A DNA stretch of 62,900 nt, filler included, from Octopus bimaculoides (taxonomy: Eukaryota): the NCBI RefSeq assembly GCF_001194135.2. It is 3 parts of one record of this genome, joined end to end, with 100 filler letters (N's around TTAATTAATTAA, not from the genome) between each part and the next. Parts side by side here need not be neighbours in the genome. Positions count along the whole stretch, not along the records: positions 1 to 25,255 come from NC_068981.1; 2 more parts are not named here. One strand, written 5' to 3'. Shown in pieces: positions 1 to 13,769 of the stretch. The position numbers and the translations under genes were made by a program. The notes beneath the pieces are model-generated. The model made no database searches, was not told where the DNA came from, and saw only the letters and a list, made by a program, of their open reading frames with translations. Each line of letters starts with the position of its first letter. The stretch's first letter is position 1.

Positions 1-660
1 CGGACCGGGCATAGAAGGAAAAGAAATGGAAAAGAAAAAGGAAAAAAAAAATCAACCGGCGGGTTAGTGGGACACCCCCCAACCCAAAAGTAATCCAATT
101 TTTAAAACAATAACATCATCACATTATAATATATTATTCTCATGTTAAAATCATTCGTTAAATCATCTGTAAAAAGGCTCAACGATCTATATGTTCCCCC
201 TTGTCTGTCCTAGTTCGTCCCCTCTATGTATCCTATTTATTAGGAAATAAAAGAAAATCAACCACGTTTCTCCGTTAAGGTTCCATGTGATGGTAGTGGT
301 GGGTTGACAGAATTGTTAGTGTTACATAAACTACTTCCTGATATTTAATTTTTTATAATGGGTTTACATTTTCCATTGAGCTCAAATGTGTTGGAAAGCC
401 ATTTTTTACCAATTCATAGATTTATCTTCTTCTACAAATGTGATCAGAAAGTGTCGTTATTTGTTATATTTTATCATAGTTTTCATGATATTAAACAACA
501 TATCTTTGCCAGTTTGGTGATGTGATGGTTTCAACATTGTAAATTAATAAATCACTTCTCAAACCATTCCCATATGGTCTTTTCTTGCTATTTAGCACCT
601 CCTCTGGTCATTTATATTTATGCTATCACCAGTGAACAAGTGGTAGACTTAATTTCTCAC

Positions 661-783
661 CCTGTATGTTTTAACATTACCATCTGGCTCTTTGGTATTT
701 TTAGAGGATCCACTGTTACAAGCATCCAGGTCACATCTTTGGCAAAAAGATAGCTTCTCTACTTCTCTCCAACCACCAAAGTT
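661..783 (-). CDS. Candidate internal coding exon of an unidentified minus-strand host gene (NFGGWREVEKLSFCQRCDLDACNSGSSKNTKEPDGNVKTYR)
   Basis: Minus strand: acceptor cacttttgactcttttcag, 123 nt, donor AGG|gtgaga. Only frame 0 is stop-free (phase 0-0). Protein not recognised. Confidence 0.4.
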
Positions 784-1535
784 CTGAAAAGAGTCAAAAG
801 TGCAGCCTGCAGTCCACATGTGATTTAGCCATTAAGAGCTGTAGTGAATTGGGCCTATGACAGTCATGTGTATTTGGTATTGACTCAGTGTAACATCGAG
901 AAAGAAAGACAAACCATAAATCAAGTGGCTCGTAGGTCAGCATCTTACCAATTCAGTTAGCTGTGAATCACTTGAAGAAATATTATTGTAATTAGTTTGA
1001 TTCATTTGAAAGAAGAGATAAAATTACAAAGAAGAAATGAACATACTTCAGAAAAAAAGAATATCAAACAAGAAAATCTTTATCATGTCTTCCTGTAACC
1101 TATAAATAAATTTAATTGAATGTGACCTTAGGTAAGGCATACAATTATAAGCTGCAGAACATGTCATTAATTATACATTACTCTTCCATTGAGCCACTAT
1201 TATAGATTACATTATGTTGTACTTTATTAAACTTTAGAATTTAGTTGAATCTCAAGCTATGACAATCCCTGTTGACCTATGAATAAAATATTACAGACTT
1301 TAGTTCTAGCACCTAAGGCAATAAAAATTTGTTTCAGAAAAAGAAGTATTAATTGCAGATTAAGCAATTTATGTGGACATCTCTTCATTAGTTTTGTTTC
1401 TTATTGTCTTGTAATATCTTGGTTTTCAAGTATCTCCGTGGATTGTGTAGAAGTTGTTTTTTGAGTAGCTCTAATCAGTTCTGCTTGAGGAGATACAAGA
1501 CATAATGATAGCCACTTATACGCAAGTCTCTTACA

Positions 1536-1568
<33 letters not shown>

Positions 1569-1741
1569 NNNNNNNNNNNNNNNNNNNNNNNNNNNNNNNN
1601 NNNNNNNNNNNNNNNNNNNNNNNNNNNNNNNNNNNNNNNNNNNNNNNNNNNNNNNNNNNNNNNNNNNNNNNNNNNNNNNNNNNNNNNNNNNNNNNNNNNN
1701 NNNNNNNNNNNNNNNNNNNNNNNNNNNNNNNNNNNNNNNNN

Positions 1742-1774
<33 letters not shown>

Positions 1775-2199
1775 GTGTGTGTGTGTGTGCATTAGTCTTT
1801 CCAGCAACAATTTTATGTACACCATTTCGTTCATGTACAGTTAAATACTGTTGGGATGATTATAATGGAATTCCATACAACAGATCTAAAGCAGGACAAC
1901 CTCGATTTCTTGATATTCACAGAATGTGATTAGTGATGTGGTACAGAATTTACACTGAATTCCATGATTAATAGTACATTTACTTTGTTTTATATGAGTC
2001 CTAAAAAATGAAGAACATGCATTTAAAATTGTTTTAAATTGTTTTGTTATTTTCCTGGAATTGCTTTTGTATCTGTGGTTTTTAAAACAGTTTTGTATGG
2101 ATTAGCCAGAGGAGGACAGGCAATACACATGACCATTTTTCAGGGAATTTAAAACTTTGATGGTGGTAGTGATGAGTAATAAAGTTATAGCTTTATGCT

Positions 2200-4060
2200 T
2201 TTGGCACTGAGGAGCAGAACACCAAGAAGGTTTGGTGGGTATCTTTGTCTCTGTTGTTTACCAGGTATTTAGCAGCTATCTCTTGTTCCTGGATAGCAAA
2301 GGCATATCCTTCTAGATGGAATATAATATATCTATCACAAGTCCAGGTGAGGTTAGTCTATATTGTTGTTATCCCTTAACTAACAGGATATGTACCTGTG
2401 CATTGCTTTTTGCTTGTATGATGCCAGCTTTTTCTTCAAGCTTGTTTAGGTAGGCCAGTCCAGCCTCCTTTGGGTCGCATGAGACAGTTTTATTCTCAGA
2501 GTATTGCTTAGTAGTTTTTCAACTCTGAAGATGTTGTTGCTCTCACTTTTGAATATGCATACAATGTTACTCATTTCTTTCTTTGCTGTTCACTGGGTGT
2601 TGTATAAGCATTACAATGCAATATTCAACAACTGATTGGACTGACCTTATGCTTCTACTGTAAGCTCTTCATCTCACATAGATCCTATTGGTGTTGCTGT
2701 TATGTCCAGTCCAATATCTCAAATGTTGGTACGAGTGGTGGTACTGCAAAAGCATTATCAGATATGGTCTTGTTAAATGCAGTCAGCTCTGAGTTCCATA
2801 TTTTCTAGAGTCTATCAAAGTACTCTTTTGTTACTTTGGCTTTAGTCACAGCACCAATGTATGCAACATTCTCATCAATTCCAAGATACTTATAGTTTTC
2901 ATCATTAGAGATAGGATAGATAGGCAAGCCATGGATGCACATGTTCTCTTGTATGGTCACCAATCTTCCCTCAGCTGGCTATCATGTATGAGTATTTATC
3001 TTGCCCAAACTCCATTTGTATGTCTCATGAGAATGTTGTGACTAGTTTTAACTGTCTCTTGATGTTGTTCATGTCAGCAGAATATAACTTTAGGTCATCA
3101 TCAAAAAATGTGTGGGTGATATTAATTTTATTCTTTTTTGCATGTCACAGTATGTAACCATGTCATTTTGCTAACAGAGCTGACGAACAACATTATAAAT
3201 AAACTGTCACACAGGAATATGCCACTTGAAAGCTTAATTCTGTTTGTAACAATAGGTGTTACTTTAGTAGTTGTCCATGACAAATGTGTGGACCATGTTG
3301 TAGTCATTCTTTGAATGGCATTCATTATAACAGTTGGTACTTAGACAAGGTTTAGTAATTCTATCATCTATGAGTAGGGACAGGGTCAAAAGCCACCATT
3401 TGTTTGACAGTGCCTTTGGAGAAACATATTCAGATAGCCTGTGTATAGTTTATACAAAGTATTCAAGTATGCAATGGGCCTATAGTTTTTGGCCACATGG
3501 GTCTCTTTGTTCTTGGGTATAAGAGTAGTCCATGCAACTGTCAACCAATCCGGTATATCTAGTTCTGCCTCCATTTTCATTTAAACAGATTTTTGAGAAT
3601 CCCTCTGTAAAACACGAGCTCTTTGTACCAATAACCTACTATCAGGTCCCTACTAGGTGATTTTCCATTCAGAAGTTTCATAATAACCATGTGGAGTGTT
3701 TCACTGGTGATGTTATATATTTTGGGAGAGACATTTACACAATACTCACTCTGTATTTTATTTAATGCTGCTGCATCAAGATTGTGTTCTTTGTTTACAT
3801 CCCAGATTCCCCACCAGAATGACTCCTGGGTAGGTGCATTTATTACCTTGATGGTATTGCCTTTCATACTGCAATATTCAGCTTGCATGTATGTATTAAT
3901 GTACGCATGTATGTAAATAAGTACATACGTATGCTTGTATGGATGTATGAATGTATGCATATATATATGTGTGTATGTATATTGCCTAGCTGCATAGTTT
4001 GTAATTGCCATTTTTTTTAAAAGGAAATGGAGGATAATGAAACACCTATGAAGAACTGCC
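2200..4060 (-). mobile_element. Degenerate R4/Dong-type (RLE-class) non-LTR retrotransposon, RT region
   Basis: Minus-strand fragments TTLIPKNKETHVAKNYRPIAYLNTLYKLYTG, IKLSSGIFLCDSLF (GIFQGD-like) and HTFFDDDLKLYS (YMDD-like). Multiple stops and frameshifts; CpG-poor. Confidence 0.8.
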
Positions 4061-6914
4061 ATAGCTTATAGCAGATCTTACCATGCATACTAATGTTGCT
4101 GTATTTTGGTCAAATACAGTACTGGAAAGTTTTTGAAATCTGGTTATCTATCTAATTTGTTTGGATTTAATTTATGCATTGAAACTATAAGCAAGCAACT
4201 TTATTGTTGTGCAGCTTCAAGTCAACCCTTATCAAGATCAAGCAAACCTGTGATATGAGGTGGCTCAGCTATAATCGTTGTCTTTCCTTTTTTCATGTTT
4301 CTGTAGTTCATTTCTATTTAAAATGGTTGGTTGTGTTATTTCTAACAGGTCAAACAAACCATAAGCTACTACCTAACCATATTAAAATATCTAGCAGCTT
4401 ATTTCTTTTAAATATTTTCTAAATTCCTTCAAAGTCATCTCTGCATGTAATAAGCCATAAAAGCTAGAACTGTTAACTTACAACAAAACAACAAAGTTAG
4501 ATAGAAATTTCTGGAATACCAATTAGGAGATAAAATCAAAATCAACACATGGATGTTTTAGAGCAGATATATCTCATTGTTGCTTCCCTTAACAATGGAA
4601 ATCTATATATTTAAAACCTTTAAGCCTATTATTATTTAGTATAGATTTTTAATTTATTGCTTTATTAGTCTGTTCATTAAAAATGTGTCAGCGTCACTTT
4701 CTCCCACCAAATAAAGTTGATGCTTTCAAAGAAAATGTAGGTTAATGTAGTAGCATAGTTGATTCTTACTTTTCTAAATGTCTTTGATTCCCCCCCCCCT
4801 CATATAATGAGCGAAAGGCACTACAGTAAAGCCTTTATCTACTTATTGCTATCCTTTGTCATTTTACTTGGAAAACCTAAATTTCTAAGATCTGACCTCA
4901 ACCTAGATCTGTCTGTCTTTTATGTACTACTTTGATTTTTATTTACTTGAGATCCATTTCCATATAAAGACAATTTATCGATTATTTTTTATCTTTATAC
5001 CAATGCAATCAGCTTTTATTACTTTGATAACCAGTCATCTCCTTAGTCTACTTTTACTCACTGAGCTTGACATAGATGTTCATGCAGCACTTTTAAGATA
5101 GATTATTTCCCTATAATTGCTGTGGGTTTCTTTTTGCAGTTCCGTTACTATACAACATCATGCTTCTAATGTTTCATGCAATTTACTTTTTGAATACTAA
5201 GTAAATTACAAAGATACCAATCTTCTCATATGGTTCTTATAGTTCAGAAATTTTGTCAGCACTACCTTCATTTGCTAATTAAATAGTCTAAATATTAAAT
5301 ACATACTATTACTATTGAGCTGTTACAGCAAACCAGCCTCAAGATATATTCTACTTCATTATTAAGTACACCAATATATATGGTGTACAGTATATAATCT
5401 GTAGTAAATTAACTAAATAGTTATTGGTAGGCTCCTTGAAAGTCATATTTGCAGTTTTAATTCCCAAAGTGATCCATTTATCTGAACTTTCTGCTCACAC
5501 CTTTGTTTCTAATTATGACTTTTGACTCTTTGTACTTAGTTTTTAGCAATGCTGCAGAGTACAATTTAGTTAGTGAATTGGCAGAGCTGTTGGACTGACA
5601 GATAGAATGCCTTATGGTATTTATTGAAATTGTCTAAGTTCTGTGTTCAAAACTTGCCATGGCTAATTTTGTTTTTCATTATTAACGAAATGTACAAAGC
5701 TAGAGCAGTGATTTGGCAAGATCATCTGAACAAATGTCTTGTATTTAGACCAACTATGGTTGTGGGGAGGTTTGTAAGCAAAGCTTTCAAATATAATCCT
5801 TCATTGTATGATTCTGTATGGATTTTTTGCTTGAATATTCATTACTTCAATGTTCAAGTCTGAGATCAGTTGCTGAATTTCCACAACTTCTCTATGGACG
5901 GCAAGTTTTATTGTTTGGCAGAAATAGAAATGGAAGACACAAGTCAGGTATTGCTTAATCAGAGTGGGAAGGGAAATATCCTGTGAGCATTTTTGGGAGC
6001 CTTTGAACATTCGTGGAAGAATCTTTTCTTTGACTAGAGACCTATGCACAAAAAAGACCAAAGGCACCTTAAGACCAGTTGGTGGGATTGAACTGGGAGG
6101 CAGATTAAATCTACTGCCCATTCATTTATGTATATATATATATATTGGGAACTTCCCAAGAATATAACAATATAACTTTCAGTGTTCCAGCTACATAGAA
6201 TAAAATTCACTTTTTGTTTTATCAGACAATATGACTTATGGTAAGGAGTATCACACATATGATACAGATGTAGTATCTTGAAACCAAAGAGTCTTAAAAC
6301 TACTTAAGGAATGTATCAAACAGTTTGAAGGTATTTTGTTACTGCTCAGGCTGTATGACTGGATTTTTATTTTGTGAGTTTGGCTATAAGCTTTGACTGA
6401 TAAGCTTAGATTTTTATGTAAATCACATAGTTTAGCTCATAAGTGATGTAGCTTGTTCTGGTGACTTTTTATTACAGAATTAAAATTTAGTTGATACATC
6501 AATATATTCTTGATATAGTTCAGCATCAAATTTTATGGATTTATTGATATTCTGTTCAAACATTGATTTCTAGGAGTAGTATAGAACCTCAGACATTGGG
6601 GAAAGAAATAGCTGAATAAATTGAACTCAATATTTGACTGTTGCATTATCTTAGTGATCTTTCCATCACTCATAAATCTCCCCACTCATTCTCTTTCTTT
6701 CTCTCTGTATCATTCTGTCATTGTGACAAGGTATGGATCTGCCCATATTCAATCCCACCTCTATCAGCTAATTCCCTCTCTCTACTGTCTGTCTATCTAT
6801 GTATCAATCAATCAATCAACCAATAAATCAATCTACAAATTGCATGCATAAGTAGGGTGTGCATGACATCTGTTTGTATCTGATACACTCCACTAATATC
6901 CTTGTGTTGATAGC

Positions 6915-7078
<164 letters not shown>

Positions 7079-7455
7079 AAGTCACTTATTGGCACTCATC
7101 ACACTCTTGTACTTTTGTACATCTCTATGATGATCCATTTCTTGCTCTCTCACCAGTATACAAGTAGCTTTCATCACTGTCTCTCTCCCATTACTCTCTC
7201 TTCTATCATCTCCCCCCTCCAACTCCAGTCACTATTTTCCCATATTTTTCTCCCTTTGTGTATCTTCTGCCTTCATTCTCTTTTTTATTTAAACCTACTA
7301 CTTCTAGTCAGTGGTTGCTCCATATATGAATAGCTGCATAATTCCCATTAATAAGTAAAGAGTTCTCTCATCACCTATGCTAAGTTCTTTTAATACTTGT
7401 TGACATTTATAACACAATGTTCACACATACACATGCACAGACAGACTGACACATG

Positions 7456-7458
<3 letters not shown>

Positions 7459-7495
<37 letters not shown>

Positions 7496-7674
7496 GACAA
7501 AATGTGAAGAGAAAGAATGAGTAGACCTAATTTAACTCATAGAAAATAATCTGCTAGTAAAATGCCAAACTCTAAGATTCATAGTTTCATAACAAAAGAA
7601 AATAAAGTAATTTTATAATCATGGTTGACATAGTTACAAATATATGTGTGCGTGTGTGTGTTTTCATATATATT

Positions 7675-7716
<42 letters not shown>

Positions 7717-7810
7717 CATACATACATACATACATACATACATACATACACATACACACATATATATATACTTATATAGATATGTATGTATGTATGTATA
7801 TGTATATGAC
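7459..7810. repeat. (CA)n and (AT)/(ACAT)n microsatellite cluster
   Basis: Directly visible. Confidence 0.9.
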
Positions 7811-8559
7811 AGCCAAAATATGTCTAGCTTTATTCTCCTCCTGGTATTTCTTTAAAAATAACATTTTGAATTTTTTAATCTGGTTGCCTATGGAAAATTT
7901 CAATCTATTCAATCTGATTATCAGGCATTTATTTGTCAAAGGGTATTAACTCTTAAGCTGGTTAGAAAATTTCATTATAGGAAAAAAAAAAAAATTATGA
8001 ATTTCAAATATAAAGAAAACAAGTAAAGAATATAGAATAAAGAAAAATAAAGAAGCAAGGAAAGGTTCACTAATTAAAAAATGATCGCTATAGATAAAGT
8101 GCTTAAAAAAAATCCTAGTATAATTTAATTGCTTATTTTGGTGATTATTAATTGGTTGAGATGACTGACAATTCTCATTTGCTTGGTCTTCTCAGATTCT
8201 TGCGATCAAAAAGGTTTTTAAAATTTTTTTTTATTATTTTTATTGCAAGCAACCTAACTGTAGCAGACTCTTCTCTTTTAAGAGATATCGTTGCCAGAAA
8301 TATGCTACATGTGAATCTGCTAAACCACCTTTAGTGATTTGCAGATGGTGGTGGCTATTTTAAGGATCATTCAATAATCGGTTACAGGTATAGCTGAGAG
8401 GTTGAAAAGTTTACATCACAACCATGAGTTATGTTGTTTTGGGTTTTATCCTTTGGTTATAACATAACCACAAACAACCAAAGCTTTATGCATAAAATAT
8501 GGTTGTGGAATCAGCACAACATATCATCATAAGCAATCCAGTGCTACTACACAAAGAAA

Positions 8560-9060
8560 ATTGACTTGGTGCAACAGATAAAATACTGGGAGAACCTAAA
8601 GTAACGGAAGCTCCACTGCCTAGAGAGATATGAAAGATATGCCGTGATACATGTATGGAAGATCCTGGAATGTCGAGCACCCAACTTTGAAATTGAAAGT
8701 TTTACCAACCATCAAAATGGATAGCACTACATAGTAGCATGGAACCAAAGATCTTGCCTTCTCCATCTGGGATAAGGAACCAGTACTGTAATGGCTTGAA
8801 TTTCAAGGGTTGACAACCATTCAACATTCTGACAAACAATTTCAGAGATTTGTGAGGTATGACAATATTCAAAGAACGATTAGAAAAATTCTTATCTCAG
8901 ATACCAGATGAACCTATGTTCTGGAAGGAGGCACAAAGAGGAGCAGTTCTGTTCAACTTGATACTTCACCAGAAACAATAGAGACAAGAAGGACAATTAT
9001 TCTTAAAGATGATGCCCCCAGCATGACTTCAGCTTCTGACTGAAACCATGAGACAAAGCC
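8560..9060 (+). mobile_element. CR1-clade LINE 3' fragment
   Basis: Reads RERYAVIHVWKILE-like and aligns by eye to 26100-26450 (tacatctgggagatcctggaa; FKSKLDLFLSRAPDE vs LEKFLSQIPDEP). Confidence 0.7.
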
Positions 9061-9689
9061 AAGAGATATATATATACTGTGGGGGTCTCTATATATGAAC
9101 ATAACCCTTTCCATATTCTGGTTTGTTAACCTAATTTTTCATTACATAAGAAATTAAAATACACATAAATAGGAGTAACCCTTCCCAAACCACACCAAAG
9201 ATTGGGTGGGGTTCAAGGATAAACAGACTGAGAGAGGGAAAGGGGGAGCAAGAGATTACCAGTGGTGCATGAGGTGGGGAAGGTAGAGGGATGCTAGCAA
9301 CAGTACAGTAATAATGATACAGTTCACAGAAGGAGGACAAGAGAGAAATAATATGTGTTTGAATAGGCAGAAAGAGAGGGGAGGGTGACAGAGAGAGGAA
9401 GAGAAAGAAAGAGATAACAGGCATAGTGCATGAGGAGAGATAAGTTGGTGGTCTGGGGAAAGAGGGTGGGATGACACGTAAGTGTAGCGAACAATATTTA
9501 TGGATAAAGAATGGCTAACAGGTGAGATAGTTTTAGATAGCTAGAAAGAAACGTCATTTCAGGAGGTGGGGTGAAAAATATACATAGAAAGAGAGAGAGA
9601 GAGAGAACAGGCTTCTGAACTATTTCCATCAATAAAATTCCTTTCGCAAAGCATTGATAATTACAAACCTATATTAGATGACATATATT

Positions 9690-9785
9690 ATTTAGCTTAT
9701 GGTGTCATGAAGCCCAGCTCAAACCCAGAATTATGTGGTTGTACAGCAGACACTTTAACCACACTGCTATGTTTGCATTTATGTA
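9690..9785 (-). mobile_element. tRNA-derived SINE head, degenerate (same family as 18908)
   Basis: Reverse complement resembles gtgtggttaaagtgtctgc...ctgggtttgagctgggc with A/B-box-like spacing. Confidence 0.5.
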
Positions 9786-10469
9786 ATTAGTTTTGAATAT
9801 TCTGTGAATAATATTATCATAAGAGATTGGAAATTTTGGATTCAGTTGGATGCCAGATGTGTTACTTGACAGTATCTAGTTTGCTACATTGCTCCCTGCT
9901 GAAATTTCATCACAATGAACTTTGGTAGTATTTTTTCTGAATCAATAAAATAAAAGCCAATTAGATCTTAAATTAAATTCAATTTAGTATAGTGTTCAAG
10001 AAAAATCAGCTTCTCACCTAGTCAAGAGAAGCTGATATGGTTCTCATAGAAGCTTAGCATAAAATATAAAATATAAAGCTGTTTGTCTGTCCAATTGCTT
10101 ATGTATCAATTTCTTCTCTTATATAGCTATCTAATGTGTTTTACATTTGATTGGCTGTCACTGAGAAATTGAATTTAAATACAGATTCAAACACATGTTT
10201 TTGAAAACTATATAAATACATTTCAGGATGGGCAGTGATCTCATTTGCTAAAATAATTAAATACCTATTGAGACTTTCCTATCAATTGCTGAAACAACTG
10301 AACACAGTATGCTAAACACCTAGAAAACCACAATCATATCTAGAAATTCCAATGCACAGTATATTAGGGAAAAAAAATCATAAATATATAACATTGGAAC
10401 TTACTTAGAAATGACAAAGCCTTTAGTGGAATTACTAGCATGACATTTTGTCCGTCTTTACATTCTGAG

Positions 10470-10600
10470 TTCTAATTCCACTGACGTCAACTTAGCCTTT
10501 CATCCTTTTGGGGGTCAATAAAATAAGTACCAGTTGAGTAGTGGGTCTATGCACTTGACTTACCCCCACCCTCAACTTGCTGTCAAGGTACCAGTAACAA
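10470..10600 (+). mobile_element. SINE family A, partial, CpG-decayed
   Basis: ttctgagttctaattcc...gcctttcatccttttgggggtcaataaaataagtaccagttg matches the 32667 copy. Confidence 0.8.
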
Positions 10601-13260
10601 AATAAAACTTGTGCTTCCTCTCAATCATATGTTGTATGTTCTCCTGCTTTGTACATTGTAAGAGTCTTCACTACTTATGATGTCTCCATTTATTTAAGAT
10701 ACTCAGATCTTTATGCTTGAGTTTTTGATTCAGAAACTATAATTATTAATAAAAGATAGCTGAAAGCAGACACCTGCTGAACATCCTCTATCTGTTCAGT
10801 AAATTCCTTGCTAAATTGTTTTAAGTTCTGGTCTAAATGTAATAAAACTCTAAAAGAAACTAACCTGACCTTTACACACTTGTCTTCGTCAATTATTTAT
10901 TTTTGAGTTATTTTTTTTAAACATAAATTTCCCCAAAGTATATTTTTGACACTTGTGAGAAAATGTAATATGACAATGTAATATGACTGAAAATTTCTTT
11001 TGAAAGACATAGAAAACAATACTGTAATATGTAGTGAAACTAAATAATTTCGGCTGGTGTTAATTTATTACTTTAGCTTAGAATACCTTGAAAAAATAAT
11101 CTCAAAATCAAATTTTGATGAACACAAGTGAATAACTGTCTTAGACATTGCATAGATATTGCATTAAGTATTTTCTACTTGGTTTGCAAGAGACAGGTTT
11201 TGTTTATGAAAACAATAACAGTCACTCGTTTACCATGAATTATGCATCATGCAGTTTTTGTAATGTCTTTACTTTCGAACACGACATAGAGAATTGTCAA
11301 AACAATACTTTACAAAATTATGACAGCTTTTTCTATACATGTTTTAAAGATATAAAAGCACTTCTTGCTTCATATACTAAAACAGAACAGAATTGCTTTC
11401 TCTACTTATTTTCACAAGGATTTAATGAGCAAGCTCTTATTCCATTTCTTTTTTCAAGTCTGTTGCTTTATATCTTGTTGTTTTACATTGATAGCTTTCT
11501 ACTTTCAACAAGGGAGCTAATCTGTAAACATTTCTAATACAACGCTTAAAGGCACCAGAAATTCTGATGATTGATATTTATTTCCTAGTATTCATTTTTT
11601 TCTGTTAATTCTCTCTTTTAGCATATTACAAAACAAAATTGAAGAATAAAGTAATGGAGTCATATTTATACAAATAACTGTCCAAGTAATAATTCTTTAG
11701 AAAAGATATATGAATGGAGAAAAAGTTTTAATTCTCTCAAGATAATGTAATATATTTCTGTGTCTTTCTAAAACAAAATTTATCAATATTAAACTAGATT
11801 CTCATTTCTGAGAAATAATAGTCTTAGACTGCAGGCTCCATTTCATAAGAACCTTTAGATTTATCAGACATTTTAGGAAAATAGAAAAGGAACCTTAATC
11901 ATACTATTTACGTGTGCCAATTTTTTTGACATTCACCATCCCAAACTTGCTGTGTTGCTAAAAGATAATATTGATCAGTTGTCCTGCAGGAATAAATTGT
12001 GCTAACAGATAACATTTCAATTTTATCAAATCTTAAGGTCTTCTGATAATTGACTTGTCATATACATTTCAATGAACCATTATGATAACAGATATAAAAA
12101 AAAATCATTTTATAATATGCCAAAAGGTATATTACAAAACTGATTCATAATATAATTAATTCTGCAACTATATACCAAGTTTAAACTCAGAGGTAAGACA
12201 TTAACTTCTGGATAATAGTGGCTTTGAAACAGTAGAAATATTTTAAAATAATGAAAGAAACTATCTTGCTTAAAAGCTGCTTTTTTAAGTAAATAAATAA
12301 TCCCTTTATACACAAATCAAAAACTGCATTAGGATTTTTTGCATAAATCTTATTTACCATGTGCATTTATAATATCATACTGACAATGCTGAATGGAACC
12401 AATTAATGCAATAAGTGTCAGAATTTTGAATAAATTCATTTTTATGATTTAATTTTAGAAGGTGGGTGCAGTGTTCATTGCTGTTTCAAGTTTTCCTTAA
12501 ATTGATATTATGAACTTTTGGTAGATGTTAATATAGTTAAAGTTCAGGCTGAACTCTTGGTTGAACTCGAGAAGTCAATGGTTGATAGAAAAATATAAAC
12601 ACAAATAAAATGCAATAGAAACAATTAAAGTTTGACCTGGATTCACGCCAAACAATGGAAAGGCCTAGAATATCTAAGACTACAATTAAGGATAACAGAA
12701 GATGTTGAAGAACATAAAATTATAGAAAAATGTGAATCAAAAAGGAAAATATACAAGCAACAACATAAACATCACAGTTACAATGAAATTTATCTAAATA
12801 ATGTAGACATTCTAACATCATTATGGGTTTGACACAAAGCTGTACCATTCAATCCAATAGTGTCAACATCCAGGCATGTGTGTGTATGTATGTCTGTATG
12901 TAGTGAGGTATTATACACATGTTAATCATGTTATAATGAATTTTTTATTGAGATTTTAATTCAAATATGAACATTTTAGTGTGAAGGTATTGATACCGAA
13001 AGGATTAACAAACTACTTGTTTGATATAAGACAAGTATCCAAATGTGAATTGCTTCTTTCATATCATTTCAGCATCAATTGCCAAACTAGACCTAGATTC
13101 TGAGTTGATATGCAAACCTTTGCTAACATCTTTAATAATTTATTCTTTCCTGCATTAGCTGTGCCAACTGTGATTATTTCCAGTGCAGCCATCACTTATT
13201 TTGTGGTTATGTAGAAGCATACTGATTAAAAATAAAATACTCTGATACCTTAACTGTGAC

Positions 13261-13392
<132 letters not shown>

Positions 13393-13769
13393 GCAACTCA
13401 AGCCAGTGAAGGAATACTATGTTGTTGTTCGATTTGTTAAAAATATCATTCAATGAGTTGAAGTTGCCTCTAATCACACATTTGCTTCTTAAAAGAAAAA
13501 AAAAAACTCATTGAATAATTTCCTCCGTGATGCACCCATTCTTGAAATAAAGGTATGCTCATCATGACAAGAATGCTTCTGATTATAGTCTGTTGACCAG
13601 AACCGACCTGAGACCAAACAACAACAAAGTGAACTATTGAATTGACACTTGTACAAGATATTGTCAGAACTAACTGAAGAAAGCTTTATTTAGCAAACTA
13701 GATTTTAGGTTGCTTGTAAATGTTGGTTCTTTGATAGGAACTATTGAGATGCAACTAGGCAGGAAATTA

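Noticed and set aside
4806-4934. 42-codon ORF MSERHYSKAFIYLLLSFVILLGK with a hydrophobic stretch
   Set aside because: Hydrophobic short ORFs are expected in T-rich DNA; no other support.
11148-11537. 129-aa plus-strand ORF
   Set aside because: Starts at TTG, has the composition typical of random AT-rich DNA, and has no recognisable motif.
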